Source: an uncultured Haloferula sp.
GTDB taxonomy: Bacteria; Verrucomicrobiota; Verrucomicrobiia; Verrucomicrobiales; Akkermansiaceae
Reading direction: 5' to 3'
Assembly (NCBI GenBank): GCA_965652295.1
Contig: CBFGTS010000008.1
Span: forward strand, 64,001 to 128,000
DNA: 64,000 nucleotides
Of this stretch, positions 28,695 through 38,111 are shown piece by piece. Position numbers and translations under genes: made by a program. The notes beneath the pieces are model-generated. The model was not told the origin of the DNA, did not search any database, and was given only the letters and a program-made list of their open reading frames with translations. How positions within the stretch are numbered: the first letter of the stretch is position 1; every line of letters starts with the position of its first letter.

Positions 28695-31600
28695 CTACCG
28701 TTGCACGGTGCCTTCGGGGCAGGTGAGCGAGGTCCACAGCGCCAGGGCGACGCGTTGCTCGCGAGTGAGGTCGGTGTTTTCGAGGACGTCGAGGATCAGC
28801 CCGCGGGTGCGGGCGGTCATGGAACCGGCGCAGACGAGCAGGTTGAGCCGGTCGACGAGGATCTCCGGGGTGGCGGCGTCGAGGAGGAAGCGGGCGTAGT
28901 CGAGCGGGTAGCGCGGCCCGGACCAGGAGGAAATGAAGCCATCGCGAAGGTAGTCCCAGAGGCGGTTGGGGAACGAGATGGCGGAATAGGAATCGATGAT
29001 CTGGAAGCCCGGGCTTACCAAGCCGAGCTCGCGGATTTCGCCAGGGGCTTGGTATTCGGGGGTGAAGAAATTGAACACGCTGGGCGAGTAGAACGGCTCT
29101 TGAAAACTATAGCCGTAGTAGAGTTGTTCCGGATTCCACCAGACGAAGTCGGGGTGCAGATCCATCACTCGGCCGAGGCGCGCGAGGTGCATGGTGCGGA
29201 TGACCGGTTCGCGGACTTTTCCGAAGGTGGGATCGAGCGGCATGCGGCGCGCCTCGTCGTCGAGCAGGATGGCGCGGACGGTTTCGCCGAGATTTCCTCC
29301 GCTGGCGGAGAAGGCGGAGGAAACGCGCCCGACATAGGACGGCGAGGGGTTGTCGGTGACGAGGAAGCGGATCAGGTGCTTGGAGAGGAAAGGCGCGGTG
29401 TTCGGATGGCGAACAAGGGCTTGGACGGCTTCGCGGACTTCCTGCATGCCGGCTTGGTCGGACGGATCGCGGGCGGGGAGAATGACGCCGCCGGGCAGCT
29501 CCTTGCGTCCGAAGTCGTGGTGTTCGGCCCACATGACCATGGGCTTGAGGAAATGGCTCTCGCTCCATCCTCCGCCGCCCCAGCCGTAGGGGGCATCGTA
29601 GTAGAGACCGGTGAAAACTCGGGCCAGTTCGGTGATGTCGCCGTTGTCGTAGGTGGGGATCGGTTCTCCGGTTTCGTCGAGCTTGCGGGTGCCATCGGGA
29701 TTGAGCTCCCACAGGCCGATGGTGAAAAGTTGCATGATTTCCCGGGCGAAGTTCTCGTCCGGGTAGCGGGGGATGGAGGGATCGGCCTTCTGATTCCCGA
29801 CGTGGCTGAGATACCAGCCCATGTTCGGGTGAAGGGCGACGCCGGTCAGAAGGTCGGCGTAGGAGCCGAAGGCACCGTTGATGAGGTGATCGTAGTAGTC
29901 GGCGAGGGCCTCGGGCATTTCCGCGAGCTGGGCGTCGCGGCGGGAGATGACGAGGATTTCGGAAAGCGCGAAGGCGACGCGCTGGCGGAGTTGATCGGGC
30001 GCGGAGATGGCGTGGCGGGCCCACGGGGTGGTGATGTTCGAGCCGGTGACGAAGGAGTTGTCCTCGTTGTAGTCGTAGGTCCGGTCGAGGTGCGGGCCGG
30101 CGGCGTCTTCCTTGATGCGGACGATGTAGGGGCGGAGGAGCGAGGGCGGGAGAGAGAGTTGTTCGTCGATCCAGGCTTCGACTCCCGTGGTGCGGACGTG
30201 ATCGATCTCTTCAAGGGTCGGGCCGAAGGTGGCCTGCATGAGTAGCCGGGAGGCATGGACCGGGGAGGGCGCTGAGGTCGACGGGCTCGTGCCACCGCCG
30301 GTGGTGCCGGAAGCGATGGTGTCGAGGAGGGCACGGGCGTCGCCGGCGAGAGGGCCCGCCGCAGGGTCGGTGGTGGAGGCGGCGAGTGAGTCGGGCGAGT
30401 CGGGATCCGAAAACAGAACGTGGGTTTCCACCCAGTCTTCCACTCCGTCGCCATCGCTATCGACGGAACCAACGCCGGCCCGGAAGTACGAGGGTTCTGC
30501 GAGAAGGGCATCGGGAAGGGTCGCGGTGATTTCCGTCGGGGTCAGGCCGAAACCGGGCGGGTCGAACGGGTCCCACTGCGCGAGGTCGGAAGAGGACTCC
30601 AGCCAGTGGGCCTTGTGATCGAGGCGGGTCCAGGCGAGGTGGAGATCGTCGCCTTCCGTCTCGCTGCGCATGCGGAGGCGCGAGTTCGGATCGTCGGGAT
30701 CGGTGCCGGCTTCGCTCTCGGCGCGATTCGACATGCCATCGCCATCGTCGTCGTCGAGGGCGGCGCGGGTTTTTCCTCCGGACCAGAGGGACCAGGCGTC
30801 GGAGAGGCCGTCGTTGTCGAGGTCGTCCAGATTCCCGGAAAAGCCATGCCAGGCGGGCGCGGACGAAGCGATGAGAGGCGAGGTGCCGAGCGCGAGTTCG
30901 GTGGCGTCGGAAATGCCGTCGTCGTCGGTGTCGGCCGCATGAGGATCGGTGCCCGCCAGGAACTCGGTGAGGTTGTCGAGTGTGTCGGCGTCGGAATCGA
31001 GGGTCGCGTCCGCGGGATCGGCGGGGTTGAAGGTGTGAGCGGTTTCCCAGGTGTCGGGCATGCCGTCATCGTCGGAATCTGCGGTTCCGACCGCGTGGCT
31101 GGCGAGGAAGGGAGTGATGCCGGGCTCACTTTCGAAGGTGGTGAACCCGGGGATGCCATCGACGGAGGTCCACGAGGCGGAGCCATCGAGAAGGTGGGGA
31201 TCGACGGCGACGTGGTCGGTCCACTGCCGGGAGGCGATGAGCGTGGGCGAGCCGGGATCCGCGAGGTGGTGGATGGAGAAGGTCAGGGTCCACGCATTGA
31301 TGCCGGGATCGGGGCGAACGGCGGTCATTTCCAGGCGGAGCGGATGGGATTCATCGCCATCTCCGTGATCGCTGAAGCCGAGCGCGGCGGAGAGGTCGTT
31401 GGCGGGATCGGTCGAGCCGGTGGCGTAGATCCCCCACTCGGGATGGCCGGGGTAGTGGAAGAGATTCTGGGTGCAGCGGAAGCGATGGGCGATGACGCCA
31501 TTCCGGTAAACGAGCCCCATGGCCATCTCGTGGGTCCAGCTTTGGTCGTCGAACTCGACGATGGCTTCGAAGAGGTTTGTGGAGCTGGAGTTGATCGCGC

Positions 31601-33650
31601 CGGTCATCGACTGCCGGTGGTCCCAGCGGATGCGCAGGTTGTCGATGCGCCAACGCCAACCCTGGATGGCGGAATCCCAAATCGGGGCGGGAGCAGGGAT
31701 GCTGGAGGGGTCGCCGGGGTCGCTGCCGGATGCGACTTCGAGGTCGTCCGTGAAAGTGTCGTTGTCCGTGTCGGTCAGCACGGGTGAGGAGGGGAACGGC
31801 TGGGCGGTGAGTTCGGTGCCGTCGGGCAAGGTGTCGCCATCGGTATCGCCGAGGAGCGGGTCGGTGCCGTGGCTGTCCTCGTCGCCATCGACGATGCCAT
31901 CGTGGTCGGTGTCGGCGAGATGGGGGTCGGTGCCCCGGATGAGTTCGTCGGCGTTTTCGAGTCCGTCGCCATCGGCATCGAGGTGCGAGTCAGGGACGGC
32001 CGGATCGAAGCCATGTTCGATTTCCAGACTGTCGGCGAGGTCATCGCTGTCGGAGTCGGTGCCGGTGTCGACGATCTGGAGTCCGTGAAGCGAGACCTGA
32101 TCATTGTCGAGCTGGCTGAGCTGGACGGAGTGGCTGGCGCCGGTGAGGCCGCGGTAGCGGACGACGTTGGTCTGGGCGATGTCGGCCTCGGTGGTGGCGG
32201 TGGTTTCGATCCAGCCGGGAAAGGGGGGGGCGGTGTGGGAAACGAAGAAGCGGTCGGTGGCGGGGTCGTCGTCGAGCCGGACACGGCCGCGGTGGTTCGG
32301 GTGGTTGTCGCCGACGTAGAGGATGAGGTCGTAAGTGGCGTAGGGGATGCCGTCGATTTCGAGGAGGACGGGAATGTTCGTCGAGCCGGCGCGGGCGGCG
32401 GCGAGGCAGCCATTGGCCAGACGTTCGTCCGAGCCACCCTTGTGATAACCGGCGGTGGCGTTGCGGTGGGTCCAGGCGAGGGTGACCGGGCTGGCTTGGC
32501 CGAGCGCATCGACGAGTCCGCCAGCCGAGCCGCTGGTCGGCGTGCTGCCCACGCCCCAGACCGGGAGCCAGTCGCTTGCATTCCAGTGGGGCAGACGGAC
32601 GACCCCGGCCGGTTCGAAGGCACTCAGGGGGAGGTTTTCCGGCCGGCTGGAGATGAAGTGGAATCCGACCGCGCCGGCGAAGGGGAAGGGGTGGGAGGCG
32701 GAAGAGTCGGGGTCGGTGCCGTGCTTGATCTCGAAGTTGTCGGAAAAACCATCGGCGTCGGTATCCGCGAGGGTGGGCGAGGAGGACGTTTCGTCGCCAT
32801 CGACGAGGCCGTCGCCATCGGTGTCGGCCACGAGCGGGTTGGTCGTGGTTTCGTCGCCATCGGCAAGGCCGTCGTTGTCGGTATCGGGATGGGACGGATA
32901 GGTTCCGGCCGCGAATTCAGCCAACGCGTCGAGGCCGTCACCATCGGTGTCGATCGCAGCATCCGCCGGGTCTTCATCGTCGAGGCCCCACTCGGTCTCG
33001 AACCAGAGTGGGAGGCCATCTTCGTCGGCATCGCGCAGGGCGAAGGGTTCGGCCTCGAGTTGGAGATAGTCGAAAACGAGATAGCCTCCCGCGGCTCCGC
33101 CGGTGCGTTCGATTTCGATCACGTTGTTCGTGGTCGCGGCGGAAACCGAGGACGCGGGCACCGCGATGGTGAAGGTCGTGGCGAAATGGATATCGGCGCG
33201 GGTGAGGATCGGATGACCGTTGAAGCGGACGACGATGTCGTGCGTCTGGAATCCAGGCAGCGAGGAGGGCGAGACCCAGGCTCCGCCGGAGTGGAAATCG
33301 AGGGTGAGGGTCAGGCGTGATTCGGCGGTGCAGGCGGTTTCCGGAAGGGGGAAATGGAGCCGGACGCGTGGGTCGCCCTGAGTGATGGCGCGTTCGAATT
33401 GGTTGGCCGGTTCATCGCCGGCCACGGGGCCGATGGGCGCGGGATAGGTGCCGGCGAAGTAATAGTCATCGTCCTTCGCCGACGGAGAGCCCGGGGCAGT
33501 GTTCGGATTCCAGCTTTCCGTTTCGAAGGGCAGGGCTTCGGCATCGTCCTGGCCGAGTTGCCAGACGGTTTCGAGGTCGACCGCAAACAGCGCGCTGGGG
33601 GCGGCGACGGCGAAAGCGGCTCCGAGAAGGATGGTCAGAGCCCGGGACAT
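28695..33650 (-). CDS. 1651-aa secreted protein: N-terminal domains and DxDxDG Ca-binding repeats fused to C-terminal DUF1800
   Basis: Signal peptide; 16 DxDxDGxxDxxE-type repeats; DUF1800 motifs ASRLLMQATFGP, DQLRQRVAFALSEI, PDENFAREIMQLFTIGL, GKVREP, SPSVFNFF. Confidence 0.9.
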   Translation of the reverse strand: MSRALTILLGAAFAVAAPSALFAVDLETVWQLGQDDAEALPFETESWNPNTAPGSPSAKDDDYYFAGTYPAPIGPVAGDEPANQFERAITQGDPRVRLHFPLPETACTAESRLTLTLDFHSGGAWVSPSSLPGFQTHDIVVRFNGHPILTRADIHFATTFTIAVPASSVSAATTNNVIEIERTGGAAGGYLVFDYLQLEAEPFALRDADEDGLPLWFETEWGLDDEDPADAAIDTDGDGLDALAEFAAGTYPSHPDTDNDGLADGDETTTNPLVADTDGDGLVDGDETSSSPTLADTDADGFSDNFEIKHGTDPDSSASHPFPFAGAVGFHFISSRPENLPLSAFEPAGVVRLPHWNASDWLPVWGVGSTPTSGSAGGLVDALGQASPVTLAWTHRNATAGYHKGGSDERLANGCLAAARAGSTNIPVLLEIDGIPYATYDLILYVGDNHPNHRGRVRLDDDPATDRFFVSHTAPPFPGWIETTATTEADIAQTNVVRYRGLTGASHSVQLSQLDNDQVSLHGLQIVDTGTDSDSDDLADSLEIEHGFDPAVPDSHLDADGDGLENADELIRGTDPHLADTDHDGIVDGDEDSHGTDPLLGDTDGDTLPDGTELTAQPFPSSPVLTDTDNDTFTDDLEVASGSDPGDPSSIPAPAPIWDSAIQGWRWRIDNLRIRWDHRQSMTGAINSSSTNLFEAIVEFDDQSWTHEMAMGLVYRNGVIAHRFRCTQNLFHYPGHPEWGIYATGSTDPANDLSAALGFSDHGDGDESHPLRLEMTAVRPDPGINAWTLTFSIHHLADPGSPTLIASRQWTDHVAVDPHLLDGSASWTSVDGIPGFTTFESEPGITPFLASHAVGTADSDDDGMPDTWETAHTFNPADPADATLDSDADTLDNLTEFLAGTDPHAADTDDDGISDATELALGTSPLIASSAPAWHGFSGNLDDLDNDGLSDAWSLWSGGKTRAALDDDDGDGMSNRAESEAGTDPDDPNSRLRMRSETEGDDLHLAWTRLDHKAHWLESSSDLAQWDPFDPPGFGLTPTEITATLPDALLAEPSYFRAGVGSVDSDGDGVEDWVETHVLFSDPDSPDSLAASTTDPAAGPLAGDARALLDTIASGTTGGGTSPSTSAPSPVHASRLLMQATFGPTLEEIDHVRTTGVEAWIDEQLSLPPSLLRPYIVRIKEDAAGPHLDRTYDYNEDNSFVTGSNITTPWARHAISAPDQLRQRVAFALSEILVISRRDAQLAEMPEALADYYDHLINGAFGSYADLLTGVALHPNMGWYLSHVGNQKADPSIPRYPDENFAREIMQLFTIGLWELNPDGTRKLDETGEPIPTYDNGDITELARVFTGLYYDAPYGWGGGGWSESHFLKPMVMWAEHHDFGRKELPGGVILPARDPSDQAGMQEVREAVQALVRHPNTAPFLSKHLIRFLVTDNPSPSYVGRVSSAFSASGGNLGETVRAILLDDEARRMPLDPTFGKVREPVIRTMHLARLGRVMDLHPDFVWWNPEQLYYGYSFQEPFYSPSVFNFFTPEYQAPGEIRELGLVSPGFQIIDSYSAISFPNRLWDYLRDGFISSWSGPRYPLDYARFLLDAATPEILVDRLNLLVCAGSMTARTRGLILDVLENTDLTREQRVALALWTSLTCPEGTVQR

Positions 33651-33689
33651 GTCGCGGGGAAACTGGCAAAAGCTGACCTTCAGGGCAAC

Positions 33690-34319
33690 TTATCGTTTCC
33701 TGCGGGATCGCGTGAGGCTGGCGAGCGAAAGCAGGCCGAGGAGGTGTGGCTCGGGCACGGCGCGGATGTTATCGACGAGCAGCTGCGCGGAAATGGGATC
33801 GGCGCGAAACTGGTCGGCGGAGGTGCTGTGGAGGATGCGTACCTGGGTGACGGATGCCAGGGTGGCATCGACGTCGGTGCCACCGCCGGAATTCAGGGCA
33901 TCCCGGGTGAGGGCGAACTCATAGGCGTTCCACGGAGCGAAACGGTTCACTGCCTGGCCGGGTGTGACGAACCAACCGCCGGGACCATTGAGGGCGATGT
34001 GGATGTTGAGATTCGTCGAGCCGGCGTTGCGGAGATCGAGGGCAAGGCCGGTGACGCCGGCGGAGGTGAAATCGCCGGTGAAGTCGGACGTGGTGTAGGC
34101 GACGAGCCGCGAACCGGGACCGACGCCTCCGCTGGATGAAATCCGCAGCGCGGTATCGCCCGGACCGAGCGGTCCGCCGTCGGGGAGAAGGACCGGTGGG
34201 TTCGGGTCGGGGTTTCCCGACTGCCAGGTGTGCGGCTGATCGAAAGTCTGGACGTCGAACAGGCTCGCAGCGGTGAGCGGTGCGAGCGTGACGAGGAGGG
34301 CCGCGGCCACGGATTTCAT
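33690..34319 (-). CDS. PEP-CTERM sorting-signal protein
   Basis: Signal peptide; ends IRAVPEP-HLLGLLSLASL-TRSRRKR. Confidence 0.8.
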   Translation of the reverse strand: MKSVAAALLVTLAPLTAASLFDVQTFDQPHTWQSGNPDPNPPVLLPDGGPLGPGDTALRISSSGGVGPGSRLVAYTTSDFTGDFTSAGVTGLALDLRNAGSTNLNIHIALNGPGGWFVTPGQAVNRFAPWNAYEFALTRDALNSGGGTDVDATLASVTQVRILHSTSADQFRADPISAQLLVDNIRAVPEPHLLGLLSLASLTRSRRKR

Positions 34320-34381
34320 CCGGGCCATGCCATGACAGCCGTGGCCCGGATGCAAGCGGCATCGCCCGACCTCCTTGCGCT

Positions 34382-34460
34382 GATAGGGTGTGGCGACCCG
34401 CCGCGCCGACTCTTTCGCCTTCGGCGATGAAGTGGACCGCGCGGGCCGCACGGCCCTACC
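34382..34460. repeat. REP-like doublet, family A (GTAGGG...CCCTACC)
   Basis: Left arm gatagggtgtggcgacccgccgcgccgac and right arm ggaccgcgcgggccgcacggccctacc resemble the arms at 53598-53729. Confidence 0.65.
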
Positions 34461-34495
34461 TTGATATCAGGCGGCGAGGAGGAAGCCGCCGGTGG

Positions 34496-36301
34496 TCAGG
34501 CTCCGGCGGGTGCGATGGAGGAGGTGCCGGGCTTTTTGACGGTCTGGATGCGGAGGTCGCGGAGTTGCTTGAGATCGACCTCGGCCGGGCTCTGCGACAT
34601 GAGGTCGTTGCCCTTGTTGTTTTTTGGGAAGGCGATCACCTCACGGATGCTGTCCTCGTCACAGATGAGCATGACGAGGCGGTCGAGACCGAGGGCGAGG
34701 CCACCGTGGGGCGGGGCACCGAAGCGGAATGCGTCCAGAATGTGGCCGAACTCTTCAGCCGCCTGCTCTTCGGAAATGCCGAGGGCCTTGAACATGGCCG
34801 ACTGGAGTTTGCCCTCGTGGATCCGGATCGAGCCGCCGCCGAGTTCGTGGCCGTTGAGGACCACGTCGTAGGCCTGCGCGCGGAGTTCGGTGGTGAGCTC
34901 ACCGGCGAGGAGCTTGGCTTCGTCTTCCTTGACCGGGCGGGTGAAGGGGTGGTGGACGGCGACGTGGCGGCCGGTTTCCTCGTCCCAAGCCAGGAGCGGG
35001 AATTCGGTGACCCAGAGGAAGTTCAGCTCGTCGTTGCCTTCGAGGAGGTTCTGCATTTCCGCGACGGCGAGACGGACGCGGCCGAGGACGTCGCAGGCGG
35101 GTTCCCAAGCGTCGGCGGCGAAGAGAACGAGGTCGCCCGGTTCAATGTTGAGCTTGGTGCGCAGGGCCTCGACCTCGGCATCGGTCATGCGCTTGACGAA
35201 GGGCGAGCGCCAGGTGTCGCGCTCGGTGCCGCGTGCCTGGATGTAGGCGAGGCCTTTCGCGCCGGCGGCCTGGGCGAGCTTGGTGAGCTTGTCGATCTGG
35301 CCGGTGGAGATGTCGGCGAAACCCTTGGCGTTGATGGCTTTCACCACACCCCCGGCAGCGATGGCTCCGGAGAAGACGCGGAATTCGCAGTCCTTGAGGT
35401 CCTCGGAGAGATCGACGAACTCCATCCCGAAACGGCGATCGGGTTTGTCGGAACCCCAGGTGTCCATGGCGGTCTTCCAGGTGATGCGATCGAAGGAGGC
35501 GGGGATTTCGGCGCCACGGGCTTCCTTGAAGATGCGGCCGAGCAGGCCTTCGACGAGACCGATGATGTCGTCCTGATCGACGAAGGAGGCTTCGAGGTCG
35601 ATCTGGGTGAATTCCGGTTGGCGGTCGGCCCGGAGGTCCTCGTCGCGGAAGCATTTGGCGATCTGGAAATACTTCTCGATGCCGCCGACCATGAGCAGCT
35701 GCTTGTATTGCTGCGGAGCCTGCGGGAGGGCGTAGAAGTGGCCGGGCTGGAGGCGCGAGGGCACGAGGAAGTCGCGCGCGCCTTCCGGGGTGGACTTCGA
35801 AAGGATGGGCGTCTCGATTTCGCAGAAGCCCTGTTCGTCGAGAAAGTCGCGGGTGGACTTGGTGACGCGGTGGCGGGTGCGGAGGTTGTGGGTCATCCGC
35901 GGACGGCGGATGTCGAGATAGCGGTATTTCATCCGCAGGTCCTCGTTGGAGAGTTCCTTGTCGAGCTGGAACGGGAGGACATCGGCCTTGTTGACGATCT
36001 CCAGCTCGGTGGCGACGATCTCGATCTCGCCGGTGGCGATCTTCGGGTTGGTGGTGCCTTCGAGGCGTGCGGAGACCTTGCCGGTCACGCGGACGACGTC
36101 TTCCTCGCGGAGCTGGTGGGAGAGCTTGGCGGCCTCGGCGTTTTCCTCCGGGCGGAACACGCACTGGGTGAAGCCTTCGCGGTCGCGGAGGTCGGTGAAG
36201 ATCACGCCGCCGTGGTCACGGGCGGAGTTGACCCAGCCGATGAGGGTCACGGTTTCGCCGATGTGTGAGGAGCGGAGTTCGTTGCAGTGGTGCGTGCGCA
36301 T
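34496..36301 (-). CDS. aspS: Aspartate--tRNA ligase
   Basis: [58 protein letters not shown]. Confidence 0.97.
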   Translation of the reverse strand: MRTHHCNELRSSHIGETVTLIGWVNSARDHGGVIFTDLRDREGFTQCVFRPEENAEAAKLSHQLREEDVVRVTGKVSARLEGTTNPKIATGEIEIVATELEIVNKADVLPFQLDKELSNEDLRMKYRYLDIRRPRMTHNLRTRHRVTKSTRDFLDEQGFCEIETPILSKSTPEGARDFLVPSRLQPGHFYALPQAPQQYKQLLMVGGIEKYFQIAKCFRDEDLRADRQPEFTQIDLEASFVDQDDIIGLVEGLLGRIFKEARGAEIPASFDRITWKTAMDTWGSDKPDRRFGMEFVDLSEDLKDCEFRVFSGAIAAGGVVKAINAKGFADISTGQIDKLTKLAQAAGAKGLAYIQARGTERDTWRSPFVKRMTDAEVEALRTKLNIEPGDLVLFAADAWEPACDVLGRVRLAVAEMQNLLEGNDELNFLWVTEFPLLAWDEETGRHVAVHHPFTRPVKEDEAKLLAGELTTELRAQAYDVVLNGHELGGGSIRIHEGKLQSAMFKALGISEEQAAEEFGHILDAFRFGAPPHGGLALGLDRLVMLICDEDSIREVIAFPKNNKGNDLMSQSPAEVDLKQLRDLRIQTVKKPGTSSIAPAGA

Positions 36302-36318
36302 GGCCGTTGAAGAATGGG

Positions 36319-36349
36319 GGACCAGGATGGATAGGATGGATGGGATGAT
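36319..36349. repeat. Left inverted-repeat arm (three 9-mer units) flanking the GxxExxY gene
   Basis: ggaccaggatggataggat (36319-36337); units caggatgga/taggatgga/tgggatgat. Confidence 0.9.
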
Positions 36350-36733
36350 TTACTTTTCGCGGAGCGGATAGATGCGGCGAACTTCGACCTTTGGATTGCC
36401 GAAGTTGATGATGAGGCCGAGTGGTAAGCCCGTTGCTTTAAGATAACTGAGCATCTGGGCCAATTCGCGATCCGTGAGTTGTTTGACGGTCTTGGTATCG
36501 ACGATGATTTGGTCGAAAACGATGAGGTCGGGAATGAGGTCGTCGATGACGGTGTCCTTGTAAATGAGGGGGAAGGCTTTCTGCTGGTCGTAGGCGATGG
36601 ATCGAAGTTGAAATTCGCGGACCATTGCCCGCTCGTAGGCTTTCTCCCGGAATCCGAATCCGACCTCGTTCATCACCTCGTAGGCGATTCCGATGACGGT
36701 GCCGGTTTCGTGATTCAAGGAAATCCTATCCAT
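36350..36733 (-). CDS. GxxExxY protein (PD-(D/E)XK nuclease superfamily)
   Basis: GFREKAY, PDLIVFDQIIVDTK, QMLSYLK..G..LGLIINF. Confidence 0.92.
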   Translation of the reverse strand: MDRISLNHETGTVIGIAYEVMNEVGFGFREKAYERAMVREFQLRSIAYDQQKAFPLIYKDTVIDDLIPDLIVFDQIIVDTKTVKQLTDRELAQMLSYLKATGLPLGLIINFGNPKVEVRRIYPLREK

Positions 36734-36741
36734 CCTGGTCC
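36723..36741. repeat. Right inverted-repeat arm flanking the GxxExxY gene (contains its ATG)
   Basis: atcctatccatcctggtcc is the exact reverse complement of 36319-36337. Confidence 0.9.
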
Positions 36742-36754
36742 AAAAGCTTCGGGG

Positions 36755-38050
36755 TTATGCCAGTAAGGGGCCGTCGGGTTGTTGGAGGCGGTCGGTGAGC
36801 CAGTCGGGGAGGCCGAGGACGTGGCACTTTTCCTCGGTCCTTGAGGAGAGCACCTTGAGGGTCAGCTCGGGAAGCTCGCTGCCGATGACGAGGGCGAAAC
36901 GGGCACCGGCTTTCTCGGCGTTCTGGAACTGCTTGCCGACCTTGACTCCGCCGAACGGGAGGTCGCAGGAAATGCCGGCGTTGCGGAGGTCGGACAGGAC
37001 GCCGAGGGCTTCGGAACGCTTCGACTCGTCGGCGAGGACGAGGTAAACCTCACACGCGGCACCTTGGCGCAGGAGGTGGGTTTCGAGCTGCATCCGCGGA
37101 TCGGTGGTTTCCTCGATGAGGTTGCGGATGACGTAGTCGCCCATGGCGAAGCCGGTGGCGGGCATGTCGACGCCGCCTTCGGAAATGGTGGCGACGAGGG
37201 TGTCGTAGCGGCCGCCGCCGGCGACGGCGCGCATGGATTTCTTCGAATCGAAGACCTCGAAAACGACGCCGGTGTAGTAGGCGAGGCCGCGGACGATGGA
37301 GAGATCGAGCTGGATGAAATCGCCGAGGCCGCGGGCTTCGAGCTCGGCGCGGATGGTGTCGTAGGCGGCGGAGGCGTTCTCGGGGTTGGCGATGAACGCG
37401 GTGACGGCTTCGGTTTCGATGCCGAAGGCGGCGAGCTTCTCTGCGGTGACCTCGGGCTTCTCGCGTTCGAGCTTGTCGATGATCTGGAGGAACTCGGGAA
37501 TCCGGTCGTCGCTGACATTCCGCGCCGCGGCGAAATCGAGCCACGCCTGGCGGTCGGAAACGCGGACGACGAACTCGCCGGCGACGAAACCGAAGGCGCG
37601 CATGGTGTCGATGGCCAAGGCGATCAGTTCGGCATCGGCCGCGGGGCCGGGCTCGCCGAGGATGTCGACGTTGAATTGGTAGAATTCGCGTCCGCGGCCT
37701 TTCTGCGGCTTCTCATAGCGGAAGCACTGGCCGATCTCGAACCACTTGAGCGGCTTCGGGAAATCGCGCTGGTGCTGGGCGGCGAGGCGGGCGAGCGAGG
37801 CGGTGATCTCGGGGCGCAGGCAGACGTCGCGTCCGCCCTGGTCCTCGAAACGGAAGAGCTGTGAGGAGAGTTCGCCGCCGGATTTCTTCAGGTAGAGCGC
37901 GGTGTCTTCGAGGACGGGGGTGTCGTACTCGACGAAGCCGTATTTGCGGGCGACCGAGCGCCAGGTTTCGAAGAGGTAATTGCGCACGGCGCACTCCCGC
38001 GGCGTGAAGTCGCGGAAGCCGGGAAGGGCTTGAAAACGAAGGGCTGCCAT
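36755..38050 (-). CDS. hisS: Histidine--tRNA ligase
   Basis: PGFRDF, LRPEITAS, FRYEKPQKGRGREFYQ, VRGLAYYTG, GGGRYD. Confidence 0.96.
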   Translation of the reverse strand: MAALRFQALPGFRDFTPRECAVRNYLFETWRSVARKYGFVEYDTPVLEDTALYLKKSGGELSSQLFRFEDQGGRDVCLRPEITASLARLAAQHQRDFPKPLKWFEIGQCFRYEKPQKGRGREFYQFNVDILGEPGPAADAELIALAIDTMRAFGFVAGEFVVRVSDRQAWLDFAAARNVSDDRIPEFLQIIDKLEREKPEVTAEKLAAFGIETEAVTAFIANPENASAAYDTIRAELEARGLGDFIQLDLSIVRGLAYYTGVVFEVFDSKKSMRAVAGGGRYDTLVATISEGGVDMPATGFAMGDYVIRNLIEETTDPRMQLETHLLRQGAACEVYLVLADESKRSEALGVLSDLRNAGISCDLPFGGVKVGKQFQNAEKAGARFALVIGSELPELTLKVLSSRTEEKCHVLGLPDWLTDRLQQPDGPLLA

Positions 38051-38111
38051 GATGTCGCCGTTGAAGGGGCGGGGAGGATGCACGGCGGGGGCGGCTTTTC
38101 AAGGCGGGATT

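Noticed and set aside
30300..33050. DNA-level repeats in the DUF1800 gene as DGR template/variable repeats
   Set aside because: They are degenerate protein-coding Asp-rich repeats; there is no reverse transcriptase and no adenine-specific mismatch pair was seen.
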